This document shows, piece after piece, positions 30,051 to 37,126 of a stretch of DNA of 37,126 nucleotides (position 1 is the first letter of the stretch; each line of letters opens with the position of its first letter). A program made the position numbers and the translations under genes. The DNA is from Escherichia virus Mu_3F6: sequence record LR595867.1, one strand, 5' to 3'. Below the pieces are notes generated by a model, which saw only the letters and a list, made by a program, of their open reading frames with translations, did no database searches and had not been told where the DNA came from.

Positions 30051-31133
30051 ATGGCTTATTCACCACCGACATTATCATCGCTGATTGCCCGTACAGAACA
30101 GAATATTGAACAGCGCCTGCCGGGTAGCTGGCCTCAGGCCCGTGAAAAAACGCTGAGTGCCATTGCTTATGCTCAGGCAGGCCTTGCTGCCGGTTGTCAC
30201 GAGCATATTTCATGGGTTGGACGGCAGATTATCCCGTCGACAGCAGATGAAGATGAGTTGCTGGAGCACTGCCGGTTCTGGGGCGTGCGCCGCAAACAGG
30301 CGACAGCCGCCAGCGGCCCGCTGACTGTCACCACATCGGCAGCGACCACCATTCCTGCCGGTACACGCTGGCAGCGTGCTGATGGTGTGGTTTACAGCCT
30401 GGCTGATGCCATTGTGATTGACCGTGCAGGAACGACGGAAATTACCGTTACCGCACTGGCTGCCGGTGAAGCAGGAAATACCGGTGAGAATACCCTTTTA
30501 ACGTTGATCACCCCGGTTGCCTGTGTTGTTTCCGATGCCATCACTGTAAAAGGGTTTTCCGGTGGGGCAGATATTGAGAGTGCAGCGGAGCTGCTGTCAC
30601 GGCTGGAATATCGTGTCCAGTATCCTCCGTTCGGCGGTAATCAGTTTGATTACGTCCGCTGGGCACGTGAAGTCAGCGGCGTTACCCGTGCCTGGTGTTT
30701 TCCGACATGGAAAGGCGGTGGCACAGTCGGGGTGACGTTTGTTATGGATAACCGGATCAATATTTTTCCACAACCGGCAGATGTGGAACGTGTGGCGGAT
30801 TATATCGCCGGTCATACTGACCCGATAACCGGCCTGATTGTCGGGCAGCCTGATGGTGTAAATGTCACGGTATTTGCGCCAAAGGCAAAGCCGGTAAATC
30901 CACGGATTTATATATCACCGAAGACAGCCGAACTGAAACAGGCTATTACTCACGCCATTAATACCATGTTTTTTAATGAGGTGACGCCGGGCGGCGCACT
31001 TGCCCCCTCCCGTATTATCCGTGCGGTGGCAGGTGTTACCGGTCTGGATGATTTTGAAGTGCGTTTCCCGACAGAGATCCAGCGTTCGGAGAATACGGAA
31101 CTGTTAACACCGGGGACAATTGAATGGCTGTAA
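30051..31133 (+). CDS. baseplate wedge protein, P2 J-like (360 aa)
   Basis: Position in Mu baseplate block. Confidence 0.7.
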   Translation: MAYSPPTLSSLIARTEQNIEQRLPGSWPQAREKTLSAIAYAQAGLAAGCHEHISWVGRQIIPSTADEDELLEHCRFWGVRRKQATAASGPLTVTTSAATTIPAGTRWQRADGVVYSLADAIVIDRAGTTEITVTALAAGEAGNTGENTLLTLITPVACVVSDAITVKGFSGGADIESAAELLSRLEYRVQYPPFGGNQFDYVRWAREVSGVTRAWCFPTWKGGGTVGVTFVMDNRINIFPQPADVERVADYIAGHTDPITGLIVGQPDGVNVTVFAPKAKPVNPRIYISPKTAELKQAITHAINTMFFNEVTPGGALAPSRIIRAVAGVTGLDDFEVRFPTEIQRSENTELLTPGTIEWL

Positions 31134-31666
31134 CACCCTATCAGACGGCCTTTCTGCAATTACTGCCGTCAGGGCTTGCCTGGAATAAAAGCCCCGACAG
31201 CAAATTATCTGCGCTGGCGCAGGCCATCAGCGACGTGATTGCCACTGCGGCGGATGATGCGCGGCAAATGCTGCGGGAGCGTTTCCCGTCCACATCCCGC
31301 TGGTATCTGGGGGAGTGGGAATCATTTCTGGGGTTGCCGGACTGTACCAGCGAAAACGGCACCCTGTCCGAACGCCAGCGGGCTGCCGCGAATAAAATGC
31401 GTATGACCGGCAATCTGAGTCGGCGCTTTTATGAATGGCTGGCTGCGCAGTACGGTTTTACCGTCAGGCTGACGGATTCCACAGAAGGCCAGTGGGTTAC
31501 GCAGGTCAATATTTACGGTATTAAAAATTATCGCAACGCAACGGTGCTGGATAATGTTCTGACGCCGTTACGTGTTTATGAATCGGGTGCGCTGGAATGT
31601 TTACTGGAGAAATATAAACCCGCACATCAGATTTATAAATTTGTTTACCATGACGGAGATAACTAA
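31124..31666 (+). CDS. baseplate wedge / tail-fibre attachment protein, P2 I-like (180 aa)
   Basis: Position in Mu baseplate block. Confidence 0.65.
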   Translation: MAVTPYQTAFLQLLPSGLAWNKSPDSKLSALAQAISDVIATAADDARQMLRERFPSTSRWYLGEWESFLGLPDCTSENGTLSERQRAAANKMRMTGNLSRRFYEWLAAQYGFTVRLTDSTEGQWVTQVNIYGIKNYRNATVLDNVLTPLRVYESGALECLLEKYKPAHQIYKFVYHDGDN

Positions 31667-33132
31667 TGTTTTATATTGATAACGACAGCGGCGTAACCGT
31701 CATGCCGCCCGTATCCGCCCAGCGTAGTGCTATCGTTCGCTGGTTTTCAGAAGGTGACGGGAATAATGTTATCACATGGCCCGGCATGGACTGGTTTAAT
31801 ATTGTGCAGGCGGAGTTATTAAACACGCTGGAAGAAGCCGGTATTCAACCGGATAAAACAAAATTAAACCAGCTTGCACTGTCCATTAAAGCCATTATGA
31901 GCAATAACGCGCTGCTGATAAAAAATAACCTCAGCGAAATTAAAACTGCCGGGGCATCAGCACAGCGTACAGCACGTGAAAATCTGGATATCTGGGATGC
32001 CAGCCTGAACAAAAAAGGACTCGTTCAGCTAACCAGTGCCACTGACAGCCCCAGTGAAACGCTGGCAGCCACCGCAAAAGCGGTGAAAATTGCGATGGAT
32101 AATGCCAATGCCCGTCTGGCAAAAGACCGGAACGGAGCAGATATTCCCAATAAGCCGCTGTTTATCCAAAACCTCGGTTTACAGGAAACGGTAAATCAGG
32201 CTTCTGGCTCATTACAGAAAAACCAGAACGGCGCAGATATTCCGGGAAAAGATACCTTCACCAAAAATATTGGTGCCTGCCGCGCATATAGCTCATGGCT
32301 GAATATTGGTGGCGATAGTCAGGTCTGGACAACCGCGCAATTTATTTCGTGGCTGGAGAGTCAGGGAGCATTTAACCATCCTTACTGGATGTGCAAAGGC
32401 TCATGGGCTTATGCAAATAATAAGATCATTACAGATACAGGTTGCGGAAATATTTGTCTTGCAGGTGCTGTGGTGGAAGTTATTGGCACTCGCGGCGCAA
32501 TGACCATACGCGTTACTACGCCGAGCACGTCCAGCGGTGGCGGAATTACTAACGCTCAATTCACCTATATTAATCATGGTGATGCTTATGCTCCTGGCTG
32601 GCGACGAGACTACAACACGAAAAACCAGCAGCCTGCATTTGCTTTAGGGCAAACAGGAAGCACTGTCGGAAATGATAAAGCTGTTGGCTGGAACTGGAAC
32701 AGCGGGGTTTATTGCGCCAGCATCACCGGCGCATCAACATTAATTCTTCATTTCAATATGAATACGGGTAGTTGTCCAGCAGTACAGTTCCGCGTGAATT
32801 ATAAGAACGGCGGTATCTTTTATCGTTCAGCCCGTGATGGTTATGGTTTTGAAGCCGACTGGTCCGAATTTTACACCACCACCAGAAAACCTTCAGCAGG
32901 AGATGTTGGTGCATATACTAAAGCGGAATGTAATTCACGATTTATTACAGGTGTCCGTTTAGGAGGACTGTCATCTGTTCAAACATGGAATGGGCCTGGT
33001 TGGTCTGATAAGTCAGGTTATGTCGTTACAGGTTCAGTTAACGGAAACCGTGACGAATTAATTGATACAACTCAGGCAAGGCCAATTCAGTATTGCATTA
33101 ATGGGACGTGGTATAACGCGGGGAGTATTTAA
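31666..33132 (+). CDS. S: tail fibre protein S, constant part fused to the variable part of the current G-segment orientation (488 aa)
   Basis: ORF spans the left gix site at 32162-32188 (encoding ...LFIQNLGLQET...); constant part upstream, variable part inside the invertible segment. Confidence 0.85.
   Translation: MFYIDNDSGVTVMPPVSAQRSAIVRWFSEGDGNNVITWPGMDWFNIVQAELLNTLEEAGIQPDKTKLNQLALSIKAIMSNNALLIKNNLSEIKTAGASAQRTARENLDIWDASLNKKGLVQLTSATDSPSETLAATAKAVKIAMDNANARLAKDRNGADIPNKPLFIQNLGLQETVNQASGSLQKNQNGADIPGKDTFTKNIGACRAYSSWLNIGGDSQVWTTAQFISWLESQGAFNHPYWMCKGSWAYANNKIITDTGCGNICLAGAVVEVIGTRGAMTIRVTTPSTSSGGGITNAQFTYINHGDAYAPGWRRDYNTKNQQPAFALGQTGSTVGNDKAVGWNWNSGVYCASITGASTLILHFNMNTGSCPAVQFRVNYKNGGIFYRSARDGYGFEADWSEFYTTTRKPSAGDVGAYTKAECNSRFITGVRLGGLSSVQTWNGPGWSDKSGYVVTGSVNGNRDELIDTTQARPIQYCINGTWYNAGSI
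32162..32188. repeat. gix left recombination site (Gin invertase site)
   Basis: TTATCCAAAACCTCGGTTTACAGGAAA; inverted copy at 34939-34965. Confidence 0.85.
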
Positions 33133-33134
33133 CG

Positions 33135-33668
33135 ATGATGCACTTAAAAAACATTACTGCTGGCAATCCTAAAACAAAAGAGCAATATCAGCTAACAAAG
33201 CAATTTAACATCAAATGGCTTTATACAGAGGATGGAAAAAACTGGTATGAGGAACAAAAGAATTTCCAGTCTGATACGTTGAAAATGGTCTATGACCATA
33301 ACGGCGTTATTATTTGTATTGAAAAGGATGTTTCAGCAATTAATCCAGAAGGCGCAAGCGTCGTTGAATTACCTGATATTACAGCAAATCGCCGGGCTGA
33401 TATTTCGGGTAAATGGATGTTCAAAGATGGTGCGGTGATAAAGCGAACTTATACCGGGGAAGAGCAGAGGCAGCAGGCAGAGAATGAAAAACAAAGCCTG
33501 TTGCAACTTGTCAGGGATAAAACCCAGCTATGGGACTCACAGCTACGGCTGGGCATCATTTCCGATGAGAATAAACAGAAATTAACCGAGTGGATGCTCT
33601 ATGCGCAGAAAGTCGAATCCACAGACACCTCCAGCCTGCCGGTAACATTCCCCGAACAACCAGAATGA
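33135..33668 (+). CDS. U: tail fibre assembly protein U (177 aa)
   Basis: Directly after S. Confidence 0.8.
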   Translation: MMHLKNITAGNPKTKEQYQLTKQFNIKWLYTEDGKNWYEEQKNFQSDTLKMVYDHNGVIICIEKDVSAINPEGASVVELPDITANRRADISGKWMFKDGAVIKRTYTGEEQRQQAENEKQSLLQLVRDKTQLWDSQLRLGIISDENKQKLTEWMLYAQKVESTDTSSLPVTFPEQPE

Positions 33669-33670
33669 GA

Positions 33671-33696
33671 AAGGCCCGTTATCGGGCCTTAATTTT
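33671..33696. terminator. bidirectional hairpin terminator between convergent U and U'
   Basis: Stem AAGGCCCG / CGGGCCTT with loop TTAT followed by AATTTT. Confidence 0.6.
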
Positions 33697-33794
33697 ACTC
33701 AGGCTTTTGTGGCCATCCAGGCTTTTCCATATCCACATGACTGCGGAAAGCAAGGAAATACAAAATAACAAAAATGATAATAATTGTGCTGGTA

Positions 33795-34280
33795 TTATAG
33801 CGTCGTTTTCACATCCTCTGCGCTGCTCTCTTTGCCGCTTTGTTCGTCTGGAACAGCGGGCCACTCAATATCCGTCGCGGTTGATGTATCAATACGCATA
33901 AGCAGCACACGATATTTTTTCCATTCAGCCAGTACAGTGATTTCTGCTTCTGTCGCCATCCCTGCGTCAACAGCATCCTGCCGCCAGGCAATTTCTGTGT
34001 TCGCAATCTCGGCTAAATCCTTTTTCTTCTGCTCTTTTAATGCGATTAACTGCTCTGTTGTTGGTTCTGATACATCAATCCATGTAGGGAAACCAGATTC
34101 ATCACGGCCTCTCTTTTTTCCCTCTGGCGGTCTTCCCGTAAACTCTTCATACATATCGTTTGTGACTGCCACCAAATCGTCAGGCCATGCGCCTGATTTT
34201 TCATAGTCCGGTTTCATGGATTCAAAGAAAAACGTATTATTCCTGGCACTATAGAATATTTTACTGGACATGATTAACAC
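33795..34280 (-). CDS. alternative tail fibre assembly protein U' (161 aa)
   Basis: Minus-strand ORF inside the G segment, downstream of the S' variable part. Confidence 0.75.
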   Translation of the reverse strand: MLIMSSKIFYSARNNTFFFESMKPDYEKSGAWPDDLVAVTNDMYEEFTGRPPEGKKRGRDESGFPTWIDVSEPTTEQLIALKEQKKKDLAEIANTEIAWRQDAVDAGMATEAEITVLAEWKKYRVLLMRIDTSTATDIEWPAVPDEQSGKESSAEDVKTTL

Positions 34281-34938
34281 CCCACACCAATACAGAAGAA
34301 TGGTTTAGAAACAGCAACCCCAGACCTTTCCATTAACGTGACCTGCATATCGCGATCATTTAATCTTTTAACACCCGCAATTGCACTTGCTATCGAGTCA
34401 CCAGCAACGTTACAGGCTAACAAACCAAAGCAACGAACAGGCCAACCAACAGGAAACGGGGCAGATGCCCAGCCACTGGCATCAGTATTTCCCCAACACC
34501 ATTGAAAAATGATGCCATTTGGAAAACGTACCCAGCCAGCATCGGCCATCGCCTGGGTAAAATCACTGTTTTTTGTATACCCCTGAATGCTCCATCCATT
34601 CTGGGGAATTAACTGCCTGATATTTCCATCCAAAGTAAATGCAACCTTGCGGCGGTCAGAAATATTGCCTGCCGGAGACAATGCAACATCTATGTAGTTC
34701 GCGCCATTTTCCATTATTCCGCAAATGAGCGATGACATAATCGCTCCGCCAAATGAGAAATCGACTCCATTTGCACTTCCTGCAACCGTGCTCTTGTTTC
34801 TGATGTGAATACCAGAAAAGCCATTATCTTTTTCAATAAGTAATTCATTCCCAATTAACGAGAGAATGCCCTTGATAATCACATCACCGTTAACCACCCC
34901 GCCATATGTTGATAACGCTTCCGAAGCTAATTTTACAG
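34274..34938 (-). CDS. alternative tail fibre variable part S' (no own start; expressed only after G inversion as fusion to the S constant part)
   Basis: Minus-strand frame is open from the right gix site; after inversion at the gix core it continues the constant-part frame (...LQETVKLASEALSTYGGVVNGDVIIKG...). Confidence 0.7.
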
Positions 34939-34965
34939 TTTCCTGTAAACCGAGGTTTTAGATAA
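34939..34965. repeat. gix right recombination site
   Basis: TTTCCTGTAAACCGAGGTTTTAGATAA, inverted copy of the left site with one mismatch in the outer half. Confidence 0.85.
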
Positions 34966-35019
34966 TGGTTGTTTCCGGCCTGCATGGCATGATTTGCGCT
35001 TTTAAACGGGAGATCCAGA

Positions 35020-35637
35020 GTGCTGATTGGCTATGTAAGGGTATCAACAAATGACCAGAATACAGACCTGCAACGAAACGCTCTTGTTTGTGCAGGATGT
35101 GAACAAATATTTGAAGATAAATTAAGCGGAACAAGGACAGACAGACCTGGATTAAAACGCGCGTTAAAGCGCCTTCAAAAAGGTGACACACTGGTTGTCT
35201 GGAAACTGGATCGCCTCGGGCGAAGCATGAAACATCTGATTTCCCTCGTCGGGGAACTACGGGAGCGAGGGATTAATTTTCGCAGTCTTACCGACAGCAT
35301 AGACACATCTTCTCCAATGGGGCGTTTTTTCTTCCACGTTATGGGTGCCCTGGCTGAAATGGAACGAGAACTAATCATCGAGCGAACGATGGCTGGACTT
35401 GCTGCCGCCAGAAATAAAGGCCGTATTGGTGGGCGACCACCTAAACTAACCAAAGCGGAATGGGAGCAGGCCGGGCGTTTATTAGCACAAGGAATCCCCC
35501 GCAAGCAGGTTGCATTGATCTATGATGTGGCTCTGTCAACTCTGTATAAAAAACACCCCGCGAAACGAACGCATATAGAAAACGACGATCGAATCAATCA
35601 AATCGATCGGCAATACAGATCGATTATGCCCCAATAA
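35020..35637 (+). CDS. gin: Gin serine invertase (G-segment DNA invertase, 205 aa as read)
   Basis: Recognised Gin N-terminus MLIGYVRVSTNDQNTDLQRN with catalytic Ser; C-terminal HTH. Confidence 0.95.
   Translation: MLIGYVRVSTNDQNTDLQRNALVCAGCEQIFEDKLSGTRTDRPGLKRALKRLQKGDTLVVWKLDRLGRSMKHLISLVGELRERGINFRSLTDSIDTSSPMGRFFFHVMGALAEMERELIIERTMAGLAAARNKGRIGGRPPKLTKAEWEQAGRLLAQGIPRKQVALIYDVALSTLYKKHPAKRTHIENDDRINQIDRQYRSIMPQ
35587..35621. promoter_or_regulatory. cluster of three GATC (Dam) sites upstream of the com-mom operon
   Basis: GATC at 35587-35590, 35605-35608 and 35618-35621 within the 3' end of gin; matches the known methylation-dependent mom regulatory region. Confidence 0.75.
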
Positions 35638-35695
35638 CCACACTCAACCCACGATGTTTTTTAAGATAGTGGCGAATTGATGCAAAGGAGGTGAG

Positions 35696-35884
35696 ATGAA
35701 ATCAATTCGCTGTAAAAACTGCAACAAACTGTTATTTAAGGCGGATTCCTTTGATCACATTGAAATCAGGTGTCCGCGTTGCAAACGTCATATCATAATG
35801 CTGAATGCCTGCGAGCATCCCACGGAGAAACATTGTGGGAAAAGAGAAGAAATCACGCATTCTGACGAAACCGTGCGTTATTGA
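35696..35884 (+). CDS. com: Com, zinc-finger translational activator of mom (62 aa)
   Basis: Matches recalled Com ([16 protein letters not shown]...CPRCKRH...); RBS AAGGAGG. Confidence 0.95.
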   Translation: MKSIRCKNCNKLLFKADSFDHIEIRCPRCKRHIIMLNACEHPTEKHCGKREEITHSDETVRY

Positions 35885-36542
35885 GTATGAAAGCCAGATT
35901 GTTGGCTATGGTTCAAAGGAGCTGCGCGTTGAAACCATATCCTGCTGGCTGGCCCGCACAATTATTCAGACAAAGCACTATTCCCGCCGTTTTGTGAATA
36001 ACTCTTACCTCCACTTGGGAGTATTCAGCGGACGCGATCTGGTTGGCGTTCTCCAGTGGGGATATGCCCTTAACCCCAACTCTGGTCGTCGTGTCGTGCT
36101 TGAAACGGATAACCGGGGCTATATGGAGTTGAACCGCATGTGGCTACACGACGACATGCCCCGCAACTCTGAATCACGGGCCATCAGTTATGCACTGAAA
36201 ACCATAAGGTTACTGTATCCGTCAGTGGAGTGGGTTCAGTCTTTTGCAGACGAACGCTGCGGACGTGCTGGCGTTGTGTATCAGGCGTCAAATTTTGATT
36301 TTATTGGCAGCCATGAAAGCACGTTCTACGAGCTGGATGGTGAGTGGTATCACGAGATAACGATGAACGCAATTAAGCGCGGTGGACAACGAGGCATGTA
36401 TTTACGGGCTAATAAAGAGCGTGCCGTGGTGCACAAATTTAATCAGTATCGCTACATCAGGTTCCTGAACAAGCGAGCAAGAAAGCGGCTAAATACCAAA
36501 CTATTCAGGATTCAGCCATACCCAAAAAGCAGTTCTGATTAG
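35805..36542 (+). CDS. mom: Mom DNA modification protein (start codon uncertain; overlaps com)
   Basis: ORF overlapping the 3' end of com in another frame; recognised Mom; translation known to depend on Com. Confidence 0.85.
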   Translation: MPASIPRRNIVGKEKKSRILTKPCVIEYESQIVGYGSKELRVETISCWLARTIIQTKHYSRRFVNNSYLHLGVFSGRDLVGVLQWGYALNPNSGRRVVLETDNRGYMELNRMWLHDDMPRNSESRAISYALKTIRLLYPSVEWVQSFADERCGRAGVVYQASNFDFIGSHESTFYELDGEWYHEITMNAIKRGGQRGMYLRANKERAVVHKFNQYRYIRFLNKRARKRLNTKLFRIQPYPKSSSD

Positions 36543-36586
36543 TATCATATAAATTTATGTATTTACTCACATACGGAGCATATTAG

Positions 36587-37033
36587 ATGAAAAAATCAAA
36601 ATTGCTAATCAGTACCATCATCAGCCTATTCGTACTAACCGCCTCCTCAGTCAATCACGCTCAAGAAAAAGATTTTGATCCTGAAGTGGCTGCTGATGCA
36701 GTCTTAAGGTCCGCCGGGATAGATCCAGATAAGAGTGTTGCAAATAAAGCCCCTGCCTCTGGTTTTTGGACCTGCCACGGTATTCGTATGCATATGGGCG
36801 TTGATATGGGGTCATGGACAGACCTTGATACAGGTGAACTATACACTCAGATAGAAACAGGCCAAATTGACGAACAAGACAAGGATGAAAAGATTAAAGG
36901 GACTGATTATCTCTATGCTTTGACTAGAAATCCTGCGGTTATAAAGTATTTTATCGTTGATAAATCAGGAAAAAATCTTTATATCCGAGATGATGTGAAT
37001 ATTTTTAAGACGTATAAATGTAAACGAAACTGA
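36587..37033 (+). CDS. hypothetical secreted protein with N-terminal signal peptide (148 aa); candidate cargo gene between mom and the right end
   Basis: MKKSKLLISTIISLFVLTASSVNHAQ signal-peptide-like N-terminus without lipobox Cys; GGAG 9 nt upstream of ATG; visibly AT-rich; no counterpart recalled in canonical Mu. Confidence 0.6.
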   Translation: MKKSKLLISTIISLFVLTASSVNHAQEKDFDPEVAADAVLRSAGIDPDKSVANKAPASGFWTCHGIRMHMGVDMGSWTDLDTGELYTQIETGQIDEQDKDEKIKGTDYLYALTRNPAVIKYFIVDKSGKNLYIRDDVNIFKTYKCKRN

Positions 37034-37126
37034 CATACATAAAACAACTGTCTCAATTGAAGCGCGAAAGTTTTGAGTTTTCGTATTTTATTTGAAACGC
37101 TTTCGCGCTTTTCGTGCGCCGCTTCA
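37034..37126 (+). repeat. prophage right end (attR) with transposase end-binding sites
   Basis: Terminal ...TTGAAACGCTTTCGCGCTTTTCGTGCGCCGCTTCA ending in CA at the window end; CGAAA-containing repeats in inverted orientation relative to the left end. Confidence 0.85.

Larger units (their letters stand above)
32162..34965. other. invertible G segment (~2.8 kb), currently in the orientation expressing S-U
   Basis: Bounded by inverted gix sites; carries a second fibre gene set (S' variable part and U') on the minus strand. In-frame continuity of S' with the constant part after inversion was checked by hand. Confidence 0.85.
150..37126 (+). mobile_element. Mu-like transposable prophage (D108-type immunity region), near-complete; right end coincides with window end
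   Basis: Canonical Mu left end TGTATTGATTCACTTGAAGTACGAAAAA at 150 and right end ...GAAACGCTTTCGCGCTTTTCGTGCGCCGCTTCA at 37126; complete Mu gene order c-ner-A-B...gin-com-mom. Confidence 0.95.

Noticed and set aside
35020-35637. Possible C-terminal extension of Gin relative to the length I recall for Mu Gin
   Set aside because: I cannot verify the reference length or C-terminal sequence from memory well enough; it may be an ordinary variant. Needs alignment before any claim.
1-37126. Search for CRISPR arrays, tRNA or rRNA genes
   Set aside because: No regularly spaced direct repeats and no tRNA-like or rRNA-like segments were seen; the window is densely protein-coding phage DNA.

Overview
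The window is almost entirely one Mu-like transposable prophage (150..37126, about 37.0 kb), preceded by 149 bp of host DNA. The left terminus at 150 (TGTATTGATTCACTTGAAGTACGAAAAA...) and the right terminus at the window end (...TTTCGTGCGCCGCTTCA) are the canonical Mu-type ends. Gene order is the classic Mu layout: c repressor (minus strand), ner, A transposase, B ATPase, a block of small early genes including gam and gemA, mor, C, a lysis cassette, terminase, portal, head genes, sheath, tube, tape measure, baseplate, tail fibre S-U, the invertible G segment with S'-U' on the minus strand, gin, com and mom. The repressor, ner and the N-terminus of A are divergent from the Mu versions I recall and look like the D108 type. 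Calls rest on reading the six-frame ORFs and recognising Mu proteins from memory; no database search was run. I found no CRISPR array, tRNA or rRNA. The items most worth a second look are two AT-rich ORFs that look like acquired cargo: a signal-peptide protein between mom and the right end (36587..37033), and a leftward acidic ORF embedded in the rightward early operon (8012..8371). Also of interest are the host junction, which appears to interrupt a host reading frame, and an alternate-frame extension linking the tail chaperone to the tape measure gene. I do not see evidence for a wholly new multi-gene system; the novelty candidates are single cargo genes inside a well-known phage scaffold.
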